Sequence record: NZ_AP019725.1
DNA: 64,000 nucleotides
DNA from: a plasmid
Strand: one strand, 5' to 3'
Shown here: positions 49,938 through 60,228 of the stretch, piece after piece
Position numbering within the stretch: position 1 is the stretch's first letter
How the letters are laid out: every line of letters starts with the position of its first letter
Notes under the pieces: model-generated
The model's input: the letters and a program-made list of their open reading frames with translations, nothing else
Told to the model about the DNA's origin: nothing
Databases searched by the model: none
Made by a program: the position numbers and the translations under genes

Positions 49938-50492
49938 ATGTACGGAAAATTGAGAATGTCGTTTATTTCGCTAGTGTTGTTTTTTGGTAGTGTGGAATGC
50001 TTCGGGCAGTTTTATTCTGCAAGGACTAATATCCTTGGTCTTGTTACGGGTAATCTTAATGCGGAGTTTGGTATGACTTTGAACAAGAAGTTTTCTCTTC
50101 ATCTTCCAGTTCAGTACAATCCTTTCATTTACAGCAAGAGTAACAATACTAAATTCCAGAACCTGACAGTTCTTCCCGGTGTCCGCTATTGGTTTCGTGA
50201 GAGCTTTCGCGATCCGTTTGTGGGTTTCTCGGTTCTTGCCAGCCGTTACAACATCGGCAATATCTGGGACAAGTACCGTTATGACGGTTGGGGCTTGGGG
50301 GCTGGTCTGTCTTTCGGGTGGACCTATCCGATGGCTCCCCGTTGGAACTTTGAATGGGAGCTTGGACTTGCCGCGTTTTGGGCCAACCATGACAAGTCTC
50401 TCTGCAAGACCTGCGGATATAAGTTTGACCATGAGAGGAAAGTGTACCTGATACCCCATAAGATTTCAGTGAACCTTATTTATCTATTCTGA
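49938..50492 (+). CDS. DUF3575-family outer-membrane beta-barrel protein (first gene of an Mfa-type fimbrial cluster)
   Basis: Signal peptide plus RTNILGLVTGNLNAEFGMTLNKKFSLHLPVQYNPF and an aromatic C-terminus typical of DUF3575. Confidence 0.7.
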   Translation: MYGKLRMSFISLVLFFGSVECFGQFYSARTNILGLVTGNLNAEFGMTLNKKFSLHLPVQYNPFIYSKSNNTKFQNLTVLPGVRYWFRESFRDPFVGFSVLASRYNIGNIWDKYRYDGWGLGAGLSFGWTYPMAPRWNFEWELGLAAFWANHDKSLCKTCGYKFDHERKVYLIPHKISVNLIYLF

Positions 50493-50536
50493 CGGTTAGG
50501 GAAGTAAATATCAATTGGAAGGAGGAAAATAGAATA

Positions 50537-51040
50537 ATGACGTATTTCGTTAACCATCTGTCTCTGTATAGTCCTAAAAACAGGGCATGCAAGAAATTAT
50601 TGGATTTTATCAGTCAGTTTGAACATGTCCTTATCAAGGATGACTGCTCTCTGGATGCTTTGTCATCTTTGATTGAAGATAGAATCCGGGAAATCAATAC
50701 TTCGCATCCTAAATTGCGGCCTATCTGCTATTCCCGGAATCATTCCCTTCAACGTATTACGGCGTCTGTCTTGCCGGCTTCCGGTGTACCGGATTATGTG
50801 TTCATCATGGATTTCTGCCAAGTGTGCAGCATTTTCCAGTATTCTGAAAAAGCGTCTGTTGTTCCAGGTGTCTGCCGTGTTTGCGGGTGTACCGAAAATG
50901 GCCCTTGTTACCATCCGGATTACGGAACCTGCTGGTGGGCTGATGAAGAGCATACGATTTGTTCCCATTGTGCGGAAAAGGCAGTCACAGAAGATCCGTT
51001 GACTACTCACTGTATAAATGCAAAGGAGGATGGGAAATAA
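50537..51040 (+). CDS. hypothetical Cys-rich (zinc-ribbon-like) protein
   Basis: C-terminal CRVCGCTENGPCYHPDYGTCWWADEEHTICSHCAEK. Confidence 0.45.
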   Translation: MTYFVNHLSLYSPKNRACKKLLDFISQFEHVLIKDDCSLDALSSLIEDRIREINTSHPKLRPICYSRNHSLQRITASVLPASGVPDYVFIMDFCQVCSIFQYSEKASVVPGVCRVCGCTENGPCYHPDYGTCWWADEEHTICSHCAEKAVTEDPLTTHCINAKEDGK

Positions 51041-51279
51041 TGGAAATGACCCAGCCTGTTTGGATATTCTTTGGCATAGTGCTTTTCATGGCACTATGTG
51101 GCATTCTGATAATGATAAGGGATTGAGAGGGTAAGTGATGACTTTATATATTGTGTTGATCAGCGTTTTGGGGACTGTTGTCTTACTGTGCGTTCTGCTC
51201 AGCGTTTATATGGCCGCCGAAATTGAACCTGATAATGATGATTTCTGACGAATTATTAACATGTAAAAAATAGAGAACT

Positions 51280-51618
51280 ATGTTACAATCACAAGTAATT
51301 GGTAACCTGGGAGCGGATGCTGCCGTGGAGAAAGACAATGCGGACAGACAGTATGTGTGTTTCAGCATGGCACACAAGGAGTTTGGCAAGGATCATAATG
51401 GGCAGATGACGGAAAGGACGGTCTGGCTACAGATAAGGTGGTACGGCTATACGGAAAAGATGCTTGCCTGTCTGAAGAAAGGGACAAAAGTTTTCGTGAG
51501 TGGACGTATGTCCGTGAAAGCATACCTGGATAACAGCGGTAATCCGCAGCCGTCGCTCAATATATCCGCCACTGAGATAGAACTGTGTGGGACAAAACCT
51601 GATAGTGCATGTTCGTGA
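51280..51618 (+). CDS. ssb: single-stranded DNA-binding protein (short OB-fold SSB)
   Basis: MLQSQVIGNLGADAAVE...WLQIRWYG...KVFVSGRM...A follows an SSB OB-fold pattern. Confidence 0.7.
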   Translation: MLQSQVIGNLGADAAVEKDNADRQYVCFSMAHKEFGKDHNGQMTERTVWLQIRWYGYTEKMLACLKKGTKVFVSGRMSVKAYLDNSGNPQPSLNISATEIELCGTKPDSACS

Positions 51619-51777
51619 TATTGGGAAGAGATGCCATGAGTGACTGTGAAGAGGGACTGACAGAGTATCTGAAGGGTGTCTGGCTCAAGATTCGTCCCGG
51701 ACTTTCGGTAATGCTTGGCATTATCATTCTGATGAATCTTCTGTATGTTATGATTGTATTACTAAAGCATTGGAAAA

Positions 51778-53844
51778 ATGATTGATAAAAGGAGACTGTT
51801 CCTATTTGGTACCCTTTCCACGCTTGTGCTGAGCTGCAGCACTCCCATTGTTTCCGTTTTAGAGAAAAACGGTGCCCAACGTGTGGGGCTGACGCAGATC
51901 CAGCGCAAGCCTAACAAAAAGAGGGTACAACCGGCTGTGATCGACACTACGCAGGTATATAGCAGGGAGACGATGCGGAAGCTGAAGGAGGGCTTCACGG
52001 AATATGAAAAGGATGATAATGGCGAGGAAATCCTAAGCGTATCGCTTGCTGACGTGCAGATTGTCGCAAAAAGCAAGAATGTTGCCGAGCGTGCGGGCAA
52101 GATTGCCATAGATTTCAAGGTTGATGTCCCGGCGGCCCTGATAGATAACAAGTGGCAAGTACAGTTGTCTCCGGTAGCATACAAGAACGGCAAGAGGATA
52201 TGCTTTGACAAGATACTTCTTTCCGGCGCCCAGTTCCTCAGACAGCAGGAAAAGGGGTATCGGATGTACCAGAACTTCATAAGTTCCATTATTCCTGACA
52301 GCGCGTACATGCAGTTGCTGTTTGATGCAAAGGGCTATCGGAAGGCCCTTTTTGACATTGAGGAACAGTTCTATTATGCCTGGAGGAAAGAACAGTTGTC
52401 ACAGACCCGCTTTATTGACTGGAAGAGTGTTCGCAACAGACGCAATCTACTGTTCAACGGTGTAATGGAACGTAACCGTGCAGCAGTGAGACCTGACAAC
52501 TGGAAAACCGTTCTTCCCGCGTACTGGCTGGAGAGGGAAGTCGCCAATGCTCCAGGACATTGGGGAAATTATCTTTCCCCTAAATACCGGTTTGAACAGC
52601 GGCTTATTACGAAAGAGGACTCGGTGGAGATACAGAAACGTTTCTTTGACTGGAAAAAGAAGGCGGAGAATGAACGGAAAAAGGCCCTGACCCAAGAAAA
52701 ATACAATGAATATGTCCGGTTTCCCAAGGAGCCGTGCCGCCTGGATACCGTAATACAGAACGGTGACCGGTTTGAATACTACTATTCGCAGAATATCGAG
52801 GCGGATGAGAATATACGTAAGATTGACGTGACTATAGACGGTATCGTGGTTGCGATGGACGAGAGCCGTTATCAGTTGCCCCAGAGCGACACGCTTACCT
52901 ACTATATATCCTCAATGGTACAGTTCCTGGACCATGCGCCCAGATACAAACGGATAATAGTCTCCCGTCATGCTACTGCCAACCAAACCGCCTTTATCAG
53001 CTATAAGGCGGGTTCCTCGCTGTTTGACGAACGGATAGGGAACAACAAGGAAGAGATAGACAAGGTGATGGAGACGATGCACAAACTGACATATACCGGT
53101 GAGCTGGTACTTGACAGTGTACATATGTGTGCCACATCCTCACCGGAAGGTACAGACTATCTGAACATGCAGCTGGCCAGACAACGTGCAAAACAGCTCA
53201 AGTCGTATCTGATACAGCGTACGGATGACAGGGAAGCAGTCGCCCTTTTCCGTGCCGATGCGATAGGGGAGGACTGGACAAAGCTTGTCGGTCTCATCCG
53301 CAATGACTCGAATATTACGCAGCGCAGCGCGATATTGAATGCCATTGCATCTGTCAAGGAGAACGATGCCCGCGAGGAGGTACTCAGGAATTTCCATGAT
53401 TACCGGTATATAAGGGAGAAACTGTATCCGCAGTTGCGTGCAGTGAATTTCCAGTTCCATCTGCACCGTAGTGAGATGGTGAAGGATACCATTCATACAA
53501 CCGTCATAGACACAGCTTATATGGATGCTGTCAAACAGCTGGAGAACCGGCAGTACAAGGCCGCCCTGCCGGTACTCAGTGAATACAATGACCATAATAC
53601 GGCAGTCTGTCTGATGAGCCTCGGATATGACCGCCAGGCTGTCGAGATACTGCGCTCCCTGCCGCAGAATGAGGATACCCTTTATCTGCTTGCGATTCTG
53701 TATGTACGTGAAAAGAGGTTTGAGGATGCGGTGTCCGCTTTCAGTGAGGCGTGCCGTCTTGATCCCGGGAAATGGTTCAGGGGAAACCTTGATCCGGAAA
53801 TCTATCAGCTAATAAATGACTATAACTTAAATTTTGAGCAATGA
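51778..53844 (+). CDS. DUF3868-position protein with an OmpA-like peptidoglycan-binding motif and C-terminal TPR repeats
   Basis: Signal peptide, an OmpA-like motif (SPEGTDYLNMQLARQRAKQLKSYL) and TPR-like repeats at the C-terminus. Confidence 0.6.
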   Translation: MIDKRRLFLFGTLSTLVLSCSTPIVSVLEKNGAQRVGLTQIQRKPNKKRVQPAVIDTTQVYSRETMRKLKEGFTEYEKDDNGEEILSVSLADVQIVAKSKNVAERAGKIAIDFKVDVPAALIDNKWQVQLSPVAYKNGKRICFDKILLSGAQFLRQQEKGYRMYQNFISSIIPDSAYMQLLFDAKGYRKALFDIEEQFYYAWRKEQLSQTRFIDWKSVRNRRNLLFNGVMERNRAAVRPDNWKTVLPAYWLEREVANAPGHWGNYLSPKYRFEQRLITKEDSVEIQKRFFDWKKKAENERKKALTQEKYNEYVRFPKEPCRLDTVIQNGDRFEYYYSQNIEADENIRKIDVTIDGIVVAMDESRYQLPQSDTLTYYISSMVQFLDHAPRYKRIIVSRHATANQTAFISYKAGSSLFDERIGNNKEEIDKVMETMHKLTYTGELVLDSVHMCATSSPEGTDYLNMQLARQRAKQLKSYLIQRTDDREAVALFRADAIGEDWTKLVGLIRNDSNITQRSAILNAIASVKENDAREEVLRNFHDYRYIREKLYPQLRAVNFQFHLHRSEMVKDTIHTTVIDTAYMDAVKQLENRQYKAALPVLSEYNDHNTAVCLMSLGYDRQAVEILRSLPQNEDTLYLLAILYVREKRFEDAVSAFSEACRLDPGKWFRGNLDPEIYQLINDYNLNFEQ

Positions 53845-54728
53845 GAAGAAACTTGAAAATCTTATTTTATGCCAGCCTTGCCGTATTGTTCTCTTCTTGT
53901 GAGAATCTTTTCAAGGAAGAGTGTGAGGCCAAGGGGTTTCTTTCCGCCACAGTGTCGGACAAGGGACCTGTACCGTCCACAACGGAGGAAATTCAAGTAC
54001 GCTATTATGACTACCATACCGGTGTGGAGCATACCGAGAAACTGGGGGAACCTGACTATTTCGCTCTAGGCAACCGTTTTTTGTCACAGCTGGATGCCGG
54101 AACATACAGATTCCTCGCATATACCCGTTTCAACAACAAAATCCGTAATGCAGGCGACATCTCGACAATTGAGATTTATGCCGATACGGTAGTTTCGGCC
54201 AAATATGCCTGTCCGGTTATAGCGAATCCACAGCATCTGGTCTTTATGGGCAAGGAGAGTGGCACCATTCTTCCGGAGGATACAACCTATCGGGAGTTCG
54301 TTCTCTCGCCGATGGTGCAAAAGATCATATTTAATGTGACAATAAGAGGACTTGCGCCTGCCCAGACTGTTTCCGGGATGGAAGCCTTGCTCAAGGGAGT
54401 AATCATTTCCCGGAAGATATATACCAACCAGCCCCAGCCTTCCTATGCCGGTCTGGTCTTTGATTTTGCAGAAAAAGAGGGGAAATATACTTTCGAAGCC
54501 TATGTGTTCGGGCTTTCCAATAAGGTGGAAAACACGCTCTGTATGGAAGTTGTCACCAATTCAAAGAAATATTATCCGGAAGTGGACCTTTCCTCTGTCC
54601 TGGCAGATTTTACATCTGACGGCATCGTGTTCGAGATTGTCATCGACTTGAATGCTGGTGTCGATCCGGTTGTTACCATAGCCGGCTGGCGCGATCTGGA
54701 CTGGGGAGAAATCCAACCCGTATTATAA
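53841..54728 (+). CDS. FimB/Mfa2-like fimbrial anchor/accessory lipoprotein
   Basis: Lipoprotein signal (LAVLFSSCEN) and ~295 aa, in the position of the Mfa2-like gene. Confidence 0.5.
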   Translation: MRRNLKILFYASLAVLFSSCENLFKEECEAKGFLSATVSDKGPVPSTTEEIQVRYYDYHTGVEHTEKLGEPDYFALGNRFLSQLDAGTYRFLAYTRFNNKIRNAGDISTIEIYADTVVSAKYACPVIANPQHLVFMGKESGTILPEDTTYREFVLSPMVQKIIFNVTIRGLAPAQTVSGMEALLKGVIISRKIYTNQPQPSYAGLVFDFAEKEGKYTFEAYVFGLSNKVENTLCMEVVTNSKKYYPEVDLSSVLADFTSDGIVFEIVIDLNAGVDPVVTIAGWRDLDWGEIQPVL

Positions 54729-54753
54729 TTTTTTATTCACTAAATTTTTTTAT

Positions 54754-55689
54754 ATGAAAATCAAATTAGTTTCGGCAGCCCTGCTTGCACTGTTGGCATG
54801 CAGCTGCACAGAAGGGTTCAATGACAAGAATGGAGTTGACGGCACCAATACGATGCAGGTCAACGCGTACATCGGGAAGTCACCGGTAACAAGAGCTGAA
54901 AAGACTGCCTGGGAAAACAATGACCAGCTGGGCGTCTATGTCGTGGACAACTCCATTGACGTTCCGTACAAGGGTTCGGCATCCTACAGTAACATCCCTT
55001 TTGTCTTTACCGGTAAGGGATTCAAGAGCGACAATATCCTACTTGATGAGAATGAGGGTACTGTATACGCCTATTATCCCTATAAGAGCGACCTTGCGGA
55101 CCCGAAGGCTGTACCGGTTGACATCAGCGAGCAGACAGACCACTTGTACGGGGAGGGAAACAGCAAGGTGAGCATCACTGCCCGTAATGTGGACATTGAG
55201 ATGCAGCATGCCCTGACCCAGGTTGTCTTCAAGATCAGAAAGACTTCGGACTACAAGGGTGGCGAAGGCAAGATTACCGCTGTGGTTCTGAAGAATACAG
55301 GTGCGGCCAAACCGTTGCAGACCAAAGGCAGCTACAACATAGCTACTGGGGCGGTGACAACCACCCAGGATGGAGATGTCAGTTTCTCGGTCAACCAGAC
55401 ATTGACGGAGGACTATGTTTCCCTTTCCAGCATTCTTTTTCCGGTAAGCGCCACTTCCGGAAAAGACATGCAGGTTGTCTTCACGATTGACGGAAGAGAC
55501 TTGAAATATGATTTCCCGGCAGGTACAGCATGGGCAGCCTCTTACCGTAACATCTATTCCATTTCCCTTGACGGAAACGGTCTTATTATCGGTGGTGGTG
55601 AGGACCCGTCCGGAGGCCAGTCCGGTGTGACAATCGAACCGTGGACGGACAGCCAGAATAATGACATTTCTCTTGTTCCTGTAATTTGA
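54754..55689 (+). CDS. fimbrillin-family protein (Mfa-like pilin)
   Basis: Lipoprotein signal (LLACSC) and a VYAYYPYKSD motif. Confidence 0.6.
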   Translation: MKIKLVSAALLALLACSCTEGFNDKNGVDGTNTMQVNAYIGKSPVTRAEKTAWENNDQLGVYVVDNSIDVPYKGSASYSNIPFVFTGKGFKSDNILLDENEGTVYAYYPYKSDLADPKAVPVDISEQTDHLYGEGNSKVSITARNVDIEMQHALTQVVFKIRKTSDYKGGEGKITAVVLKNTGAAKPLQTKGSYNIATGAVTTTQDGDVSFSVNQTLTEDYVSLSSILFPVSATSGKDMQVVFTIDGRDLKYDFPAGTAWAASYRNIYSISLDGNGLIIGGGEDPSGGQSGVTIEPWTDSQNNDISLVPVI

Positions 55690-55775
55690 GAATGACGATT
55701 GATATACAGAAGCCTGCTTTTGATAGGCATGGCTTCTGTATATAAAATTGGGGGCTCCCCATAAAAAGAAAAAGT

Positions 55776-58700
55776 ATGAAGAAACATTTTTTATCATATA
55801 TATCTGTACTCCTGCTGGCACTCCTCCTCGGGTGTGAGAAGGACACCGGAACATCCGGTTCATCCCCTGTCTGTTTCTATCTGTCTCCAGAGCCATCCAC
55901 CCGTGCGACAGATACGGAATTTGAGAAGGGGGATGCTATCGGAGTTTTTGCGGCCGCGCGTGATGACGAGTCGGTTCCGGCCCAATTGCATCCTTCCGGT
56001 AATTTTGCCGCCAACAAGAAATATATATTTGACGGTGAAAAATTTGTACCGGATGGGGAAAGCAACTCAATATTCATAACATCCTATCCCATTGACTATT
56101 ATGCATATTACCCGTATGCTACTGTTGACAACCCTTTGGAGTTCACTTTCCATGTGGCTGCTGACCAGGAAAGCCTGACAGAATCAGACCTGATGTATGC
56201 CAGGAACACTGACGGCTCAGGCAAAAACAATATTCCTTTAACCTTTATCCACAAGCTATCGAAAGTTGTGGTTCCCTATAGCCGGGAGAATGTCGGGGGG
56301 GCTGCCGGAACTGCCGTTGTCAATGATGCATATACAGGCTGTATCATGAATCTTTCGACAGGAGAGATACGTACCTTGTTCGATGACGGCCAGCAGGATA
56401 TTGTTATGTTCAAGGATGGTAACGCAGCCGATGTCAGCTTTAGTGCCATTTTCCCGGAACAGACTTTTAGTGCAGCCGACCCTTTTATTATTTTTGATGA
56501 CTCGAAAGAGTTTAAATTATCTGCAGACCGTCTGTTTGAAAGCGAGCATGTGGTGGAATTGCCGTTTATGGGCAAGATCTTGGAGTACCAGTTTGCAGTG
56601 ACTCCGATAGAAAAGAACATATCAAGTAAAGGCGGCACCTTTAACCTCGCAATTGCTTCTAAAAAATATTATTCTGTCAATGGTACATTGATACCCGGAA
56701 CAGAAACGCCTCTTGATTATGACTGCTCATCATCTGTGGATTGGATAACGTTTGATAAGCCGACGCTGGAAGTTACAGTAGCTGAAAATACAGATACGGA
56801 TAATAGTAGAACGGGAATAATAACATTTAAACAAGCTGAATCGGATAAACAAGTAAGCTGCACGGTAACCCAGTCTGCGGGTGAAATCACATATGGTGCT
56901 TGGACTGTTACTATCTCCGCTAATCCGACAACCATAGCTGCTGTGGGTGGTACGTCAACCCTGACCTATTCCGCTGTGCGTAACGTTCTGACCAATGGAA
57001 CTGTTACCGGCACAGAGAAGGCTACTCCGACAATTAGCGGTAGTGCCACCGGCTTCACCCGTTCCGGCACTACGGTGACGGCTGCCAACAATACTTCTGC
57101 ATCTTCCCGCAGTGTGACTTATACTGCCACTCATGAAGGCAAGTCCGCCACTTGTACGATCACCCAGTATGCAGGTAGTAAACAGTATGCTTCTTGGAGC
57201 GACTGGACTGTTACTGTATCAGCTAATCCGACTACTATTGCGCGGACAGGGGGTACTTCTACCATAACAAGGGCTGCTACCCGTACCCGCACCTGGACAT
57301 GGAACGGTGTTTCCGGTTCCGGCGGTACCGAGACTGACAGTGGCACTCCAACATTAAGTGCAAGTGGTTCCGGCTTTACCTTGAGTGGTACAACGCTGAC
57401 TGCCGGCAACAATACCACGACATCTTCCCGTAGCTGTACGGTAACTGCTACCCATGCCGGCAAATCTGCTACTTGTACAGTTACCCAGTCTGCGGGTGAG
57501 ATCACATATGGTGCCTGGAAAGTTACCATTACGGCCAACCCGACTACCATCGCTGCTGCGGGTGGTACGTCAACCCTGACCTATTCTGCTGTCCGTGATG
57601 TCTTGACCAATGGAGTTGTCACCAGTACAGAGAAGGCTACTCCTACAGTTAGCGGTAGTGCCACCGGTTTCACCCGTTCCGGTGCTACGGTGACGGCTGC
57701 CAACAATACTTCTGCATCTTCCCGCAGTGTGACTTATACTGCCACTCATGGTGGCAAGTCTGCCACTTGTACCGTTACCCAGTCTGCGGGCAGCATGACT
57801 ACCGAATATGGCAGTTGGACCACTAGCAGCCTTACAGTGAGTGCTTCTCCTAATCCTGTAGCCGCTTCCGGAGGAAACTCCGCATTGGGCTGTAAAGCTA
57901 ACCAGACCCGTCCTAAATATACGAAGTGGAACGGTGTTGTCACCAAGACTGATACAGAGTCTCAGTCTGTTGCAGTAACAGCTACATGGAGTAAAGTTTC
58001 CGGCACCGGTTCGCTCAGCGGTTCTACGGTTTCCTTCGATAATAACACTACAACAAGTGCTAGAAGTGGTGTTTATCGTGCCTCCAGTGGTGGTAAGACG
58101 GCTGACGTTACGGTCAGTCAGTCTGCAGGTAGCATGACAACTGATTACGGCAGTTGGACTACTAGCAGCCTTACAGTGAGTGCTTCTCCTAATCCTGTAG
58201 CCGCTTCCGGAGGAAACTCCGCATTGAGTTGTAAAGCTAACCAGACCCGCTCTAAGTACACGAAGTGGAACGGTATTACTACCAATACGACAACTGAGAG
58301 TCAGACAATCGCAGTTAGTGCCAGCTGGAACAAGGTTTCCGGTTCCGGTTCATTGAGCGGTTCTACGGTCACTTTCGGTAATAATACCACAGCAAGCGCA
58401 CTTAGTGGTGTTTATCGTGCCTCCAGTGGTGGTAAGACAGCTGACGTTACCGTCAGACAATCGGCTGGTTCTGTCTCTTATACATATACATTTACCTTTA
58501 GTGACGGCTTGACAAGTACCAGCTGGAGCAGCATAGCCGCCGGAGGTGATTCCAAGAGTTATTCAATTGTCTCTACCAGGGTCGTGAAGTGGAACGGCGT
58601 ACAAACTGGCACAGAGAATGTCAGTTATTCTGGTTCCAGCAATGTGTCCTGGGCTTCTGTTTCCGGATCTAAGATAACTGTTGGAGACAATCCGAATGCT

Positions 58701-58802
58701 TCAGCCCGTAGTGGTGTGATAACGTTTACCCAAGCGTCATCCGGAAACACAATAAAGGTAACTCTTCTTCAACTGAAGAAAAATTCTGTAGACATTAATT
58801 AG
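55776..58802 (+). CDS. giant fimbrillin/Mfa-like adhesin with tandem BACON-type domain repeats
   Basis: Lipoprotein signal, YYAYYPY motif, then at least five ~100-aa repeats (...CTVTQSAGEITYGAWTVTISANPTTIAA.GGTSTLTYSAVR...), supported by near-identical ~300-bp nucleotide repeats. Confidence 0.75.
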   Translation: MKKHFLSYISVLLLALLLGCEKDTGTSGSSPVCFYLSPEPSTRATDTEFEKGDAIGVFAAARDDESVPAQLHPSGNFAANKKYIFDGEKFVPDGESNSIFITSYPIDYYAYYPYATVDNPLEFTFHVAADQESLTESDLMYARNTDGSGKNNIPLTFIHKLSKVVVPYSRENVGGAAGTAVVNDAYTGCIMNLSTGEIRTLFDDGQQDIVMFKDGNAADVSFSAIFPEQTFSAADPFIIFDDSKEFKLSADRLFESEHVVELPFMGKILEYQFAVTPIEKNISSKGGTFNLAIASKKYYSVNGTLIPGTETPLDYDCSSSVDWITFDKPTLEVTVAENTDTDNSRTGIITFKQAESDKQVSCTVTQSAGEITYGAWTVTISANPTTIAAVGGTSTLTYSAVRNVLTNGTVTGTEKATPTISGSATGFTRSGTTVTAANNTSASSRSVTYTATHEGKSATCTITQYAGSKQYASWSDWTVTVSANPTTIARTGGTSTITRAATRTRTWTWNGVSGSGGTETDSGTPTLSASGSGFTLSGTTLTAGNNTTTSSRSCTVTATHAGKSATCTVTQSAGEITYGAWKVTITANPTTIAAAGGTSTLTYSAVRDVLTNGVVTSTEKATPTVSGSATGFTRSGATVTAANNTSASSRSVTYTATHGGKSATCTVTQSAGSMTTEYGSWTTSSLTVSASPNPVAASGGNSALGCKANQTRPKYTKWNGVVTKTDTESQSVAVTATWSKVSGTGSLSGSTVSFDNNTTTSARSGVYRASSGGKTADVTVSQSAGSMTTDYGSWTTSSLTVSASPNPVAASGGNSALSCKANQTRSKYTKWNGITTNTTTESQTIAVSASWNKVSGSGSLSGSTVTFGNNTTASALSGVYRASSGGKTADVTVRQSAGSVSYTYTFTFSDGLTSTSWSSIAAGGDSKSYSIVSTRVVKWNGVQTGTENVSYSGSSNVSWASVSGSKITVGDNPNASARSGVITFTQASSGNTIKVTLLQLKKNSVDIN
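56871..58460 (+). repeat. intragenic tandem repeats (~300-340 bp units; near-identical pairs at 56871..57180/57471..57790 and 57791..58130/58131..58460)
   Basis: Read directly in the sequence. These repeats encode the BACON-like domains. Confidence 0.7.
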
Positions 58803-58811
58803 TTATCTGAT

Positions 58812-59594
58812 ATGAAGAAAGTAATTTTTCCTTTAGCACTTTGTCTCATCACCGCCGCATGTGGCGGTAATGAGAACGGCGGCACGGAACCGGAGATGAA
58901 GATCAGCTCTTGTTATGTCGTAAGCAGTTCGTCCGGCCAATCCGAGAATTTTTCCTCTCCAGTCGGCATGTATATCACTTCGGAAGCCGGGCAACCTTAT
59001 GAAGGAAGCGGTGTCTGGAGCGCAAGCTACAACTCTGGGGCGTGGGCAATGGATAAGCCCGTATATGTGACTAAAGCCGGTAAGGTATATGCTTATTATC
59101 CCTATTCGTCGAATGATTCCCCACCGGTCCTGCCGCTTGATATGACAAAGCAGACCGATGTACTATACAGTAGGGTTGCGTCTCTCATTGCGCCAGGTTC
59201 AGTCTCCCTATCTGTCAAATTGTACCATGCTTTGAGCAAACTTGTGGTTAGCGTTAAAGGTGAGGAGGTTACGGGGCTGTCTCTTTCTTCTCCGGTAACA
59301 TGCAGGTTTAATATCTGTACCGGGGAGTTCACGGATTTACAATCCGGTCAGGTGGCTTCTACGGGTGCCCGGCTGTTTGTCGTTCCTCATGTTACAGTAG
59401 GGAAAGAAATGCTCATTACCCTGAAGTCCGGGAAACAGTACACATATTCGGTGGATGGTACAGAGTTCCGGGCTGGAGAAAGCTATACCTACGAGTTCCA
59501 GCTTAATGAAGATAGGGACAAACTGGAAATCCTTGACATATCCGTGGAGGATTGGATTAACGACAACAATTACAATGACTATTTAAGAAGATAA
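58812..59594 (+). CDS. fimbrillin-family lipoprotein
   Basis: Lipoprotein signal (LITAACGG) and VYAYYPYSSND. It ends 2 nt before traE. Confidence 0.6.
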   Translation: MKKVIFPLALCLITAACGGNENGGTEPEMKISSCYVVSSSSGQSENFSSPVGMYITSEAGQPYEGSGVWSASYNSGAWAMDKPVYVTKAGKVYAYYPYSSNDSPPVLPLDMTKQTDVLYSRVASLIAPGSVSLSVKLYHALSKLVVSVKGEEVTGLSLSSPVTCRFNICTGEFTDLQSGQVASTGARLFVVPHVTVGKEMLITLKSGKQYTYSVDGTEFRAGESYTYEFQLNEDRDKLEILDISVEDWINDNNYNDYLRR

Positions 59595-59596
59595 TT

Positions 59597-59908
59597 ATGA
59601 AAAAGAAAATTGTTTTATTGGGTCTGTTGCTTCAGGCATCGTCCTCAATGTTTGCACAGACAGCAAACTCCAGGTCAGACATAAACAGCATGCTGTCTTC
59701 CTGGCTGATACCCGCCATCGGTCTGTTGATGTTGGGCGGATTTATCGGACTTGTAATCTATAACCAAGAAGCTCTTCGCGGGAAGAACGGACTGTCAAAG
59801 CAGGACGGTTGGATATCCGTGGGAGAGGGGATGATATTTATTGTTGTCGGTATTGCGGCTATCGGATTCATAGCTTCGAAACTGGCAAGTATGAATTTCA
59901 GCATCTGA
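59597..59908 (+). CDS. traE: conjugative transposon protein TraE (DUF4134-like)
   Basis: 103 aa with a signal peptide and two transmembrane segments. It sits immediately before the traF/traG homologs. Confidence 0.65.
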   Translation: MKKKIVLLGLLLQASSSMFAQTANSRSDINSMLSSWLIPAIGLLMLGGFIGLVIYNQEALRGKNGLSKQDGWISVGEGMIFIVVGIAAIGFIASKLASMNFSI

Positions 59909-60228
59909 TGGATATTTGCAAGGTATATAGGGGACTGGATTCTCCCTGCAAAATCAAGGGGGTGCTGAGTCACTATTTCTATATTGTCTTCTGTGCCTAT
60001 CTGGTGAGCTTTGTCTTTGTCCTGTTTTCTTTCAGTTCGATTTTGCAGAAGGGAACTGTACTGTCCTTCCTTGTGGAGGCGGTCATTGAATTGGGAATTC
60101 CGACAGCTCTTTATGTGTATTTCTATAGGAAATCCGACAAAGTGAAGATAAGAAAGGACAACCGTGTTATCACAATATCGAACCGTGGGCTTTATAGGGC
60201 TTTAAACCAAAGAAGATATGGACAATGA
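59908..60228 (+). CDS. traF: conjugative transposon protein TraF (DUF4133-like)
   Basis: ~106-aa membrane protein. Its ATG overlaps the traE stop (ATGA). Confidence 0.6.
   Translation: MDICKVYRGLDSPCKIKGVLSHYFYIVFCAYLVSFVFVLFSFSSILQKGTVLSFLVEAVIELGIPTALYVYFYRKSDKVKIRKDNRVITISNRGLYRALNQRRYGQ

Noticed and set aside
55039-55896. 285-aa minus-strand ORF
   Set aside because: Antisense to the fimbrillin gene 54754..55689 and to the start of the BACON adhesin; it is GC-rich antisense noise.
56276-57946. Minus-strand ORFs inside the BACON-repeat gene (120, 72, 139, 66 aa)
   Set aside because: They arise from the repetitive Thr/Ser/Ala-rich coding DNA on the opposite strand and are themselves repeated, which is the signature of antisense artefacts.
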